Part shown: positions 17,698-27,050 of the stretch, piece after piece | Numbering within the stretch: position 1 is the first letter of the stretch | How the letters are laid out: each line of letters opens with the position of its first letter | Origin: Candidatus Bathyarchaeia archaeon | GTDB lineage: Archaea > Thermoproteota > CALKCG01 > B24 > JAWCPE01 | Length of the DNA stretch: 33,297 nucleotides | Assembly (NCBI GenBank): GCA_038870415.1 | Contig: JAWCPE010000004.1 | Span: forward strand, 1 to 33,297 | Direction: 5' to 3' | Translations under genes and position numbers: made by a program | The notes under the pieces: model-generated | Seen by the model: the letters and a program-made list of their open reading frames with translations, nothing else | Told to the model about the DNA's origin: nothing | The model's database searches: none

Positions 17698-17947
17698 ACC
17701 ACTCGTTCCACCGCAGAGGAAAGACGCGAGCTTCCAGGAACCTCACCTAGGTTGAGGTTGCTCCCTTAGCCTGCGCTTCAGCCTCGGTCTCCGGCCTGAA
17801 TACTGTTAAGGAAGGCTCCTCCTACAGCCACCTGAGAACCATCAAGCCCTGATAAGGCCGCCAGCAGGCTAACCTTGTCTTAGCCAGCATCTTCGGGCTT
17901 TCTCCCGAGGGAGTAGAGCGCCCCTATGACCTAATGTCTTCGCTTAG

Positions 17948-18098
17948 CTAGAGGCGAGGGTTACCTCTTTCTTTCGTCACGCCTCGTTTCTTAATCGTGA
18001 GGATGCCTCTCTCCGTAAGCCTCGCGACGACCATGTGCACGTTCAGTCTAGTCAGCACGTTCTTCTTCAAGCTCTCCTTTTGCAGGCATTGCCCACCT
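17948..18098 (-). pseudogene. Remnant of a winged-HTH protein C-terminus
   Basis: One frame reads GGQCLQKESLKKNVLTRLNVHMVVARLTERGILTIKKRG, like a wHTH recognition helix and wing. There is no intact upstream frame. Confidence 0.4.
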
Positions 18099-18365
18099 AC
18101 AAAAGGAGATCGTAGCTACTTGCGCGGTGCGTAACTCTATCGGTACATCCTTGCTTAACGCCTGAAGGGCTTCCTGTTGATTCTTTCTCGTAGAGAGTTG
18201 AGTTAGCTATCCAACATAGCTTAGGGAGTAAGCTGTTACTACAAGGGTTCTTTCTACCATGTAGCCTAGTCGTTGTCTTCTAGCGCTCGTGGCTATGAGC
18301 AGGACGCCTATGATGTAGAAGAACGGCGGGAAGCCTACGATCATCGGGAAAAAGCAGTGTACGAG

Positions 18366-19697
18366 CTACGCCGGCTTGGGCAATCCATCCGTGAGGAACT
18401 GGCGACCTTCAGCGATCAACTCTTCGATCGTCACTTCCCGTTGGGTGGCGTGCCTCATATCCCTCAAGATGAGCTTGCCCCGCTCCATCTCCTCTCTCGC
18501 GAGGATTACGACGAAGGGGAACCCCCTCTGGCTGGCGTAGGCCAGCCCTCTCCTGAGGCCTCTCCGTGAAAGGTCTATCTCAACGGGCAGCCCCACGTTC
18601 CGAAGCCTGTACGCTATCTGAGCTGCTCGACCTACAGAGGCGTTCTCCAACGGGACTAGGTAGATGAGGCTCGTAGACTTAGATGTGGCGGCGAGGCCCT
18701 CCTTCTCCATCGCGAGAAGCAACCTGTCCACTCCGGGGGCACACCCTACAGCGGGTGTAGGCTCGCCTCCGAAGAGCTCAACGAGCCTGTCGTAGCGCCC
18801 GCCGCCTATCAGGGCGATCTCGAGTCCTGCAGCGAAGACCTCAAAGATGAGGCCAGTATAGTATTCGAGGCCCCTGGCGAAGCCGAGGTCTACGAGCAAA
18901 GCGGCGTTAGGGAAGATCGCCTTAGCCTCATCTAGCGTTCTTCGGAGGGAGCTAAGCGCCTCCACGGCTACGGGGCTGCCGCCGCAGGCATCCGTCGCTT
19001 CCCGGATAACATTCGCGTAGTCCAGCCCTTTAAGCCCGAAGAGCCTAGAGAGTAGCTCTGTCGTCTTCTGCGGCACGTTCAGGCCTTCTAGGCGATTGAG
19101 AGCCTCCGTATACCTCTTCTTGTCAGCCATCGAGAGGACGGCGTTCTGGTCCTCTTCTGAGACGCCCGCCTCGCCCATTATTCCCCTCAGGACGGCTACA
19201 TTGCTTACCTTGACGGTGAAGGTCTTGAACCCCAGCCTAGTCATCAGGTCTGAGGCTAGGGTGAGTATCTCCAAGTCTCCTTCCAGCCCGGGGACGCCGA
19301 AGAGTTCGAAGCCCCCTTGATAGAAGCGGCGGAACCTCCCAAACTGGGGCTCATCATACCGGTAGAAGTCCCAGATGTACCCTAGCCTCAACGGCTTAGG
19401 TGCCGTCCTAAGCTTCGTCGCCACAAGCCTCGCTATTGGCGCTGTTCCCTCCGGCCTTAATGCTACGTCCCGTCCGCCTAGGTCCTTGAAGGCGTACATC
19501 GCCCGTCGGGTCTCATCCCCCACCTTGGCGGCTAATAGCTCATAGTGCTCCAGGGGTGGCGTCTCAACCTCCTGATACCCGTAGAGCTGGAAGAGCTGCC
19601 GGATCGTCCCCTCTACATGCCTGCGCTTCGCCAAGTCTTCTGGCAGGTAGTCCTTCATCCCACGGAGCGGCTGGAATCGCGTGGCCTCTCGTCCCAT
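18366..19697 (-). CDS. hisS: Histidine--tRNA ligase
   Basis: RGMKDYLP, LRPEGTAPIAR, YRYDEPQFGRFRRFYQ, ARGLEYYTG, GGGRYD and a C-terminal anticodon-binding domain. Confidence 0.97.
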   Translation of the reverse strand: MGREATRFQPLRGMKDYLPEDLAKRRHVEGTIRQLFQLYGYQEVETPPLEHYELLAAKVGDETRRAMYAFKDLGGRDVALRPEGTAPIARLVATKLRTAPKPLRLGYIWDFYRYDEPQFGRFRRFYQGGFELFGVPGLEGDLEILTLASDLMTRLGFKTFTVKVSNVAVLRGIMGEAGVSEEDQNAVLSMADKKRYTEALNRLEGLNVPQKTTELLSRLFGLKGLDYANVIREATDACGGSPVAVEALSSLRRTLDEAKAIFPNAALLVDLGFARGLEYYTGLIFEVFAAGLEIALIGGGRYDRLVELFGGEPTPAVGCAPGVDRLLLAMEKEGLAATSKSTSLIYLVPLENASVGRAAQIAYRLRNVGLPVEIDLSRRGLRRGLAYASQRGFPFVVILAREEMERGKLILRDMRHATQREVTIEELIAEGRQFLTDGLPKPA

Positions 19698-19848
19698 CTC
19701 CCTCTACCTCTTGTCTAGGCTCGTAATTTGCCGGTCGAGGCCTTGGAGAGGCACTAAGCCCGAGCGCCTTCCCTTACGAAGGCATGGAGCTGAGGCTTCA
19801 AACGTGGGCTGGAGGCTAGCCCTCAGCCGTGTCCATGCAAACGGCGGC

Positions 19849-20400
19849 TTAGAACCCGAGCGGGGATACCGCGTAGTAGACCACTTCCCCCCTTCTGTCG
19901 ATGACAGCGAGGACAAGTTCCTTCTTCGAGCTCTGCGTCGTCCTCAGGTTATCGACGAGTGTCTCGATCCTCAGAGGCTTGCCTTCCGAGACGCCGACCA
20001 CTATTAGCTTCGCCGGTTCCTTCCCGTAAGCGCCTCTCTCGTAAACCCTGAAGTCGAGGCCGAGCCCGTAGCCTTCCTTCACGACGTACCCTCGGCTTCT
20101 CAGGTCTCGGAAGACCAGGTATCGAGTCCAGACCTCTGGGTCTCTGCGCAGGAACGCCTCAGCGAGCTCTTTGAACGCTACTTCGCGGCTGTCCCCGTCT
20201 CTGACGATGAGCTTCTTCTCCGCTACCAGGTAGAGGCTCTCCTCAGGGGAGAGGACTAGCCGTTCTCCCTCAGCTGTACCGTAGCCTCGTTGAACCAGGG
20301 AGTCGAGGTATTCCCCTTTCTCCACTACGACACGGCCGTCGATCCAACGAGCCTCCCCTGTAATGAAGGTCAACCGGGCGCCGCCGGGTGACTCAGGCAT
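19849..20400 (-). CDS. endA: tRNA-splicing endonuclease subunit (probably structural/beta subunit)
   Basis: LSPEESLYL, YLVFRDLRSRGYVVKEG, DFRVYERG and LAVIDRRGEVVYY. The catalytic His position reads KEPA instead of the usual xHS/xHA. Confidence 0.88.
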   Translation of the reverse strand: MPESPGGARLTFITGEARWIDGRVVVEKGEYLDSLVQRGYGTAEGERLVLSPEESLYLVAEKKLIVRDGDSREVAFKELAEAFLRRDPEVWTRYLVFRDLRSRGYVVKEGYGLGLDFRVYERGAYGKEPAKLIVVGVSEGKPLRIETLVDNLRTTQSSKKELVLAVIDRRGEVVYYAVSPLGF

Positions 20401-20498
20401 CCTCAGCTGGACTTAAGGCTTTAGCAAGGCCACGTATCGAGAGTAGAGCTGCCTAGCCGGGGAGGTGCCGTTAATAGCCGGGACGCATCTCCGTAGCC

Positions 20499-21587
20499 GT
20501 GCAGGTGGCGGAGGGATTGACATCCCATGGGCAGACTCTAAAGGCTGTGCGATGGGCCGGCGACCGCATGGTTCTCCTAGACCAGAACCGACTGCCTTGG
20601 CAGATGCGCCTCGTCGTATGCAGAACGGCGTCGGAGGCCGCCCGGCGCATAAAGGATATGACCGTGAGGGGCGCGCCCGCGATAGGCGTAGCGGCGGCGA
20701 TGGGCATGGCTCTGGCAGCTGTAAGAAGCAAGGCTGAGAAGCCGGATAGGTTCCTCAGAGACCTGAACCGGGCAGCGAGGCTCCTAGAGGCCGCCAGGCC
20801 GACGGCGGTGAACCTCTCATGGGCCGTTAGAAGGATAACCGCCCTAGTCTCGAAGGAGTTGGAGAGACCTGTAGCTAAGCTCAAAGAGGCGGTAGTTGAG
20901 GAGGCTCTTCGAATCGCGGAGGAGAATGCGGCAGCTAACCGCCGCCTGGGAGAGCACGGCCAAGTGCTCCTCGCCGACGGGGATCGAGTTCTGACCTACT
21001 GTAATGCTGGTGCGCTCGCAACGGTCGAGTGGGGCACCGCCTTAGGGGTCATCCGCAGCGCCGCCGGCAGGGGGAAACGCATCCACGTCTACGTTGCGGA
21101 GACTCGGCCTAGGCTTCAGGGTGCGAGGCTGACCGCCTTCGAACTCCAACAGGAGAAGATCCCGTTCACGCTCATCACGGACAACATGGTAGGGTACTGC
21201 ATGTCGAAGGCGATGGTCGATAAGGTGGTCGTAGGGGCTGACAGGATCGCCGTGAACGGCGACACAGCAAACAAGATCGGAACCTATACCGTAGCAGTCT
21301 TGGCGAGACACCATGGGGTTCCGTTCTACGTGGCAGCACCCACATCCACGATCGACTGGAAGGCCGCAACGGGCGCCGCGATTACGATAGAGGAGAGGGA
21401 CCCCTCGGAGGTAACCCACTTCGCCCGGCGGGCCGTCGCGCCGCCCGGCGTGGCAGCGATCAACCCGGCCTTCGACATCACGCCCAGCAGCCTGATATCG
21501 GCCATCGTGACTGAGGCCGGCATCCTCTACCAGCCCCTACCGCTTGCGATAGCCTCTCTGCAGACCGAGAATAATACCGGTCTGTAG
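20499..21587 (+). CDS. mtnA: S-methyl-5-thioribose-1-phosphate isomerase (eIF2B-like family)
   Basis: VRGAPAIG, ARPTAVNL, CNAGALAT, ETRPRLQGARLTAFEL, NKIGTY and NPAFDITP. Confidence 0.93.
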   Translation: MQVAEGLTSHGQTLKAVRWAGDRMVLLDQNRLPWQMRLVVCRTASEAARRIKDMTVRGAPAIGVAAAMGMALAAVRSKAEKPDRFLRDLNRAARLLEAARPTAVNLSWAVRRITALVSKELERPVAKLKEAVVEEALRIAEENAAANRRLGEHGQVLLADGDRVLTYCNAGALATVEWGTALGVIRSAAGRGKRIHVYVAETRPRLQGARLTAFELQQEKIPFTLITDNMVGYCMSKAMVDKVVVGADRIAVNGDTANKIGTYTVAVLARHHGVPFYVAAPTSTIDWKAATGAAITIEERDPSEVTHFARRAVAPPGVAAINPAFDITPSSLISAIVTEAGILYQPLPLAIASLQTENNTGL

Positions 21588-21857
21588 CCGGCGAAGGGTT
21601 GAACGACCCTTGAAGACTCGGTGGCTCAGCCCCCTAAAAGGATAAGCCTAGAGGGTTATCAACACCTGTCATGCTGCCGCTCGTCTCTAGGCTTGCGAGA
21701 AGTCAGCAGTGGACAAGATGGGGCTTGACCACTGGGTCCTAACCGAGCCAACTCGGGCTTCGCCGCCTGCGGGCTGCGAAGTTGAAAAGAGCGGCCGCTT
21801 GGAGATGGCGAGACCGATTCCCTCCCCGCTCGTGCAAGATGTCTCCCTTCGCGGATA

Positions 21858-22150
21858 ATGAGGGCCTTCTCGACGACCCCCGTTGCCTCGCTCGTATGCG
21901 GCGATTTCTGGCGTGGAAACGTGCTCGTCCAAGGTGGTGAGGTCGTCGTCCTACTCGACTTTCTGCGATGCAGGCTCCGGCGGAGTACAGGCTCGTCAGT
22001 TTAGAGAAGCTCTGCCTCTACCCGGACGATTACGGGACTGAAGGCCCAAGGCTCTCCTCATGCGACTTCCTGTTTAAGAGACAGTATCCCGAGCTGTTCC
22101 AAAACTGATGGTCTACGAAGAAAACTTACCTCTACCAGAGCATAGCTGCC
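21858..22150 (+). pseudogene. Degraded aminoglycoside phosphotransferase/choline kinase-like gene
   Basis: SLVCGDFWRGNVLVQGGEVVVLLDF matches the Brenner HGDxxxxN...D motif with H changed to C. After a frameshift it continues AMQAPAEY...LCLYPDDY...YPELF*. Boundaries are approximate. Confidence 0.6.
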
Positions 22151-22732
22151 CTGAGCACGTATAGGATACTCGAAGAGGAATGCGAAGGCGCCGGGGAGCA
22201 AACTTCCCCACCGACCAGATAGCCAAGATGACGAGCTTCCTCTTCGAAGATGGAGCAAGGGCATTCACGTCGTCACGATACCCGGCGAGGGGAAATGTTC
22301 TCACATATTCTCATATGCCCGCCTTAGGAATCTCCCCTTAGAAGAGGGCATCAGAGTCTAAAGCCAAGCGCCTTGAATGAACGCCATTACGAACAAAGCT
22401 GGTTCGCCGGCGGTGAACGAGCCCTGACGGTTCCAGACCGCCGCTTCTCGAACGAAGGTAGTTGACCGAGGCAGATACACGCTCGGATAGGTTGGCGGGT
22501 ACGGTCGAGGCGCTTAATCGGTTGCCCTCTTCGATGAAGCGACTGGCACGCTCGTGTTGACCACTTGAGTAAGACCGCTTCCAAGGCGAGGGGATCATCT
22601 TCTCTGACCTCGTACGTCTCACCTGCTCTCGGGCTCTCAGCCTCAAAAACACGAGGAGCTACCAGAAACGCATGGTCAAGCCTTATCTAGGTCTCGACGC
22701 CTGACCCAAGACCGTACAGCCTCACGGAGGAG

Positions 22733-23458
22733 ATGGCGTACTTGATCCTCGGAATTGTGGGCAGCCCGAGGAGGAACGGGCGTACAAACCAGCTTGTCGA
22801 GAGGACGCTTGAAGGGGCAGCCTCAACCGGGGCCGCGGTTCAGAAGATCTTCCTCGTGGACTTCGATGTTCGGCCATACACGGAGGAGCATGAAAGGTGC
22901 CCTGAAGAGCTGAGCAAGCTCTGTGAGGACGCAGATGCGATCGTTCTAGGCGCTCCCGTCTACTGGGGCGATATCAACGGGCTTACGAAGGACTTCATGG
23001 ACACTGTGCGGATATCGAACGCGAACGGTAAATACGCGTTAGGCATCTCGATGGCGGGAGGCACGGGGAAGGGCCTCGTCTCCGGCGTACAGTCCATCTA
23101 CCATTTCTTCTACCACCGACAGCTCCGTGGCGTAGAGCCTACCCCGGTCTCCCGTTTCAACTTTGACGAAGCGTTGGAGGGCCTCCACGCCTCCGGCTGG
23201 AGGCTCGCGGAGCTCTCGCGTCTTAAGAAGCCCTTCCTAGACTTGGCCGAGGTGATCGAGCACCACCAAGGGCTGCCGTATATGGGCTACGACTTCGTGG
23301 ACGAGATGCTCCTACTCGGAGAGCAACTCCTGAAGACCGCCAAGAACCCTGAGGCAGGCAGAGCCGATTACGAGAAGGCTAAGGCCCTCGTAAAACAGGG
23401 GAAGAGGCGGGAAGCCGTCGCCTACGCCGTCAGAGCCTATACAACCCTCTACTACTGA
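22733..23458 (+). CDS. Flavodoxin-fold protein (NADPH-dependent FMN reductase / iron-sulfur flavoprotein-like)
   Basis: GSPRRNGRT and ADAIVLGAPVYWGDINGLTKDFMD. Confidence 0.85.
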   Translation: MAYLILGIVGSPRRNGRTNQLVERTLEGAASTGAAVQKIFLVDFDVRPYTEEHERCPEELSKLCEDADAIVLGAPVYWGDINGLTKDFMDTVRISNANGKYALGISMAGGTGKGLVSGVQSIYHFFYHRQLRGVEPTPVSRFNFDEALEGLHASGWRLAELSRLKKPFLDLAEVIEHHQGLPYMGYDFVDEMLLLGEQLLKTAKNPEAGRADYEKAKALVKQGKRREAVAYAVRAYTTLYY

Positions 23459-23585
23459 GCGTTGAACCGCCTGCCTGCTAGGCGCGAGCAAGCATCCCCC
23501 AATCCTAGAGGAGAGCAAGCACGAGCCTTGTGGACAGCCCCTAGCAGAGGTTTACGCCGGAGATTCAACTCGGCCCTTACGCTCG

Positions 23586-24725
23586 TCACATGTACCTGGC
23601 TACCTTCTCCTCGTCGATCTCGACGCCTATCCCGGGCTTCTGCGGTATCTGGACGAAGCCGTCCCTATCGATCAGGAGCGGTTCCTTCAAGATGGCCTGC
23701 TGCGTCTCATGAGTGAGCGCCGGAGGCTCCAAGGGGTACTCTATGAAGGGGCAGTTCGGCACTGTGCCGACCGCCTGCAAGGTCGCGGCGAGGAAGAGGC
23801 CGTTATTCCCACCGCTGCAGACATGAGGCACCACCAGCCTGCCGAGAGCGTCCGCGAGCACGGCTATCTTCCTAATCCCGGTTATGCCTATGTTCCCTAA
23901 GACGACGTCCGGCTGGACGATATCGTAGGCGCCTTGGAAGAGGGCGTCCCTGAACTCGTAGATGTTCGTCGCATGCTCGCCTCCCGCGATGTACATCTCC
24001 ACCTCGGCGCTTAGCTCCGCTAGCCCTTCTAGGTCTGTACGTGGGAGCGGCTCCTCCAGCCAGTAGACGCCGAGGTTCTCAAGCTCCTTCGCCACCTTCA
24101 AAGCCGTCCTCCTAGACCAGTAATCGTAGCGAACGGATTCGTTGTTCTGGTTGGCGTCCACGAGTAGGGTCATGTCTTCGCCGACGGCGTCCCGGACAGC
24201 CTTGACCACCTCTAGGTCCTGGTCGGGCTTAGGCCTGTGCATTCGAAGCTTTATCGCCCTGATGCCTATCTCCCTGAACTGTACGGCTTCCTTCGCGTGC
24301 TCCTCCGGGGAATGGAGCTGAGCCGTCGCAGCGTAGGCCATCACCTTGTCCCTGTAGGCGCCCAGCAGCTTGTAGACGGGCTTCCCAGCCGCCTTGCCGA
24401 CTATGTCCCAGAGGGCTATCTCAAGGCCGCCGCATGAGGCTGAGCCTAAAGTGGCTCCGCGCCCACGCATGTTGACCTCCCAGAACCTCTCCACATACGC
24501 CGGGTCTTCGCCGAGCAGCGTAGACTCCGCCAGGGAGCTGGCGCGGCCCCAGGAGGGGCCTATCCCAACGATGCCCTCATCCGTGTGTACTCTATAATAC
24601 CCGAACTCGGTCGTCTTCACCGGTTGCATGTCTGGCTCCTGCCAGGCAGGCCTCCAGGCTTCAGGGAGTATGATAGGCCTCTTGCCCTGAACGACCTCTA
24701 TCCTCGTTATCCTCAATGGCGCCAC
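23586..24725 (-). CDS. Mandelate racemase/MLE family enzyme
   Basis: ALWDIVGKAAGKPVYKLLG, KLR, VDANQ, WLEEP, GGE, QPD and PH. Confidence 0.9.
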   Translation of the reverse strand: MAPLRITRIEVVQGKRPIILPEAWRPAWQEPDMQPVKTTEFGYYRVHTDEGIVGIGPSWGRASSLAESTLLGEDPAYVERFWEVNMRGRGATLGSASCGGLEIALWDIVGKAAGKPVYKLLGAYRDKVMAYAATAQLHSPEEHAKEAVQFREIGIRAIKLRMHRPKPDQDLEVVKAVRDAVGEDMTLLVDANQNNESVRYDYWSRRTALKVAKELENLGVYWLEEPLPRTDLEGLAELSAEVEMYIAGGEHATNIYEFRDALFQGAYDIVQPDVVLGNIGITGIRKIAVLADALGRLVVPHVCSGGNNGLFLAATLQAVGTVPNCPFIEYPLEPPALTHETQQAILKEPLLIDRDGFVQIPQKPGIGVEIDEEKVARYM

Positions 24726-24806
24726 CTTTATTCCACGGGTACTCAGCGTGTCAAGAAGGCGGGAGGGAGGGCTCCGCGTGTTCTCTATCCTAGATATTGG
24801 AAGAGT

Positions 24807-26009
24807 TTAGAAGGCTGCCTCCCACGGTACGGCCATCGGGCCTTCTTTGTAGGGGAACTTCCTGCAGGCTTCCTCGTCGACTTCTATGCCGAGGCCAGGC
24901 TCCTTGGGCACCTCCACGTAGCCCCGCTTCAACGTGAGAGGCTTCTTGAGTATCCCTGTGCCTTCGAAGGCTCTGAAGGGGGGGCAGCCCCAATGCCACG
25001 TGGTCTGGATCTCCAAGACGAAATGGTTCGGTATAGAGGCGACCAGGTGGAGGTTTGAGGCGTTCGCCACGGCCATCCCCCAGTCGTGCGGGCAGCAGAG
25101 GATGCCTTCCAGCTCGGCTAGGTAGGCGATCCTCTTCGCCTCTGAGAGGCCCGTGTACGAGGCGTCCTGCTGAACGATGTCGTAGGCGTGGCCGTCAATC
25201 CAAGGCTTGAACTCCGCGACGCTCGTCTTCCCCTCGCCGCCGGAGACGGGTATGTTCGGCAGGGCCTTCCGTATCTCCTGGTACGCTCGCAGGTCTGCCT
25301 GCGAGAAGGCGGGTACGGGCTCCTCGAACCAGAGGGGGTCGTACCTTTCGAACTTCTTCGCCATCCTGATCGCTTGCTTCGCGGTTCGGAAACGCATATT
25401 CGCCTCAATCATCAGGTCCATCTCGTCGCCTACGGCTTCCCTCGCCGCCTTGATCACATCTAGGCAACGGTCGTCGGGCGGAATCCTGAACTTGAACGCC
25501 GTCCATCCTTCCTCCAGGTACTGTCTCGCCTCTCTCGCGATGATCTCAGGGTTTTTCACGAAGTTCCAGTCGATTCCCCCGCTCGCGTAGGCTCTAATCC
25601 TCTCCGCGTGGCCGCCCCCTAGGAGCTGGTAGACTGGGCGGCCTGTAGCCTTTCCCATGAGGTCCCAGCAGGCGGTATTCACCGCGGCGAGAACCCTTCC
25701 CTCAGGCCAGCCGAGGCCCCAGGGCTGACGACGCGTGAACAAGTCCACGTCGAACGGGTCCTGGCCGATGAAACGAGGCTTCATCTGTTCGACCCTCATC
25801 TTCGCCGCGAGGTCTCCGCCCTGTATCTCGCCTATGCCCGTCAGCCCATCATCCGTCACGACCTGTACGATCAGAAGATCGACCTTCACGCCTATCTGGC
25901 CTGGAAGGTAGGTTCTCCCGTCAGGTGCCCGGCTTCCGCCGAGCCTCCAGGTCTTCTCTTCAGGGATAGGACAAGACATGTGGATGGTCTCGATATCCTT
26001 GATCTTCAT
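24807..26009 (-). CDS. Mandelate racemase/MLE family enzyme
   Basis: WDLMGKATGRPVYQLLGG, KFR, IEAN, WFEEP, GGE, QQD, PHDW and PGLGIE. Confidence 0.9.
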   Translation of the reverse strand: MKIKDIETIHMSCPIPEEKTWRLGGSRAPDGRTYLPGQIGVKVDLLIVQVVTDDGLTGIGEIQGGDLAAKMRVEQMKPRFIGQDPFDVDLFTRRQPWGLGWPEGRVLAAVNTACWDLMGKATGRPVYQLLGGGHAERIRAYASGGIDWNFVKNPEIIAREARQYLEEGWTAFKFRIPPDDRCLDVIKAAREAVGDEMDLMIEANMRFRTAKQAIRMAKKFERYDPLWFEEPVPAFSQADLRAYQEIRKALPNIPVSGGEGKTSVAEFKPWIDGHAYDIVQQDASYTGLSEAKRIAYLAELEGILCCPHDWGMAVANASNLHLVASIPNHFVLEIQTTWHWGCPPFRAFEGTGILKKPLTLKRGYVEVPKEPGLGIEVDEEACRKFPYKEGPMAVPWEAAF

Positions 26010-26121
26010 ACGGAAGACACGTCCAAAAACGGGACGTCACTCCTCTTAAAAGCCTTAGCGTAAGCATCAGGTACTGAAAGCCTCTCAAGACTCACCCGAG
26101 ATGGGAGTGCATATCTTGCTA

Positions 26122-26939
26122 GAGCTTATCTCATAAATAGGGTGGGGGTCTGTGGGGGCGGGCTGTGGACCTTACGGACGAGCAGTGGGAGGTCTTGGAG
26201 CCCTTAATCCCTCAGCCTCTTCGTCGGTCGGATGGGCGGGGTAGGCCGCGGAGGGACTCCTGGGAAGTATTGGATGGGGTCCTCTGGGTTCTACGTACTG
26301 GCGCGCCTTGGCATGACCTGCCGGATAGGTATCCTCCGTACCAGACCTGTCACCGCCGCTTCCAGCAGTGGGCTAGGACCGGTGTGTTGGAGCAGGTCCT
26401 CAAGGCTTTGGCGGAGGGCCTCGGGGAGAGGGGGGCCTCGACCTCTCGGAGTGCTTCATCGACGGCACCTTTGTGGTTGCGAGGAGGGGGGACGCTGTGT
26501 GGGAAAGACCAAGCGGGGCAAAGGTAGGAAGGTCATGGCAATGGCAGACCGCGCTGGTCTTCCTCTCCCCGTATACGCGGCGAGCGCTTCGCCGAAGTCG
26601 CCCTTGTTAAGCCAACTCTCCAAGCCAGATTCATCGGGGAGAAGCCGGAGAGGCTGATTGGGGATGGCGTACGACAGCGACAGGTTGGATGAGGCCCTCA
26701 AGGTGGAGGGGATAGAGATGATAGCCCCCGCCGGGAGAACCGCAGGAGGCCGCCTACGCGGGGCGGCCGGGTTCTCAGGCGGTACCGGCGCCGCTGGAAG
26801 GTGGAGAGGCTCATCGGATGGCTGCAGAGCTTCCGGCGCCTCGTCGTTCGATACGAGTACTACGCCGAGAACCTCCTAGGGCCTCATCCACCCAGCCTGC
26901 ATCCTCATACTCCTCAGATGGTATTTATGAGATGGCCTC
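26122..26939 (+). mobile_element. Degenerate IS5-family (IS427-like) insertion sequence
   Basis: Terminal inverted repeats GAGcttATCTCATAAATA (26122-26139) and TATTTATGAGATggcCTC (26922-26939), 15/18 match, flanked by TA (CTAG context) on both sides. Transposase fragments LTDEQW, LRTGAPWHDLP, FIDGT, GD..YDSD and RWKVER..WL..FRRL lie in several frames. Confidence 0.92.
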
Positions 26940-27050
26940 TAGTCAAGACGAGGCCTTACCGTAACAGTATCTTTTCCAAAGCCGCAACCCTTAATTCAAC
27001 GTATTCCTTCACTTCCCGTGAAGGAAGGTGGCCAGCCGGAGGTATAGGCT

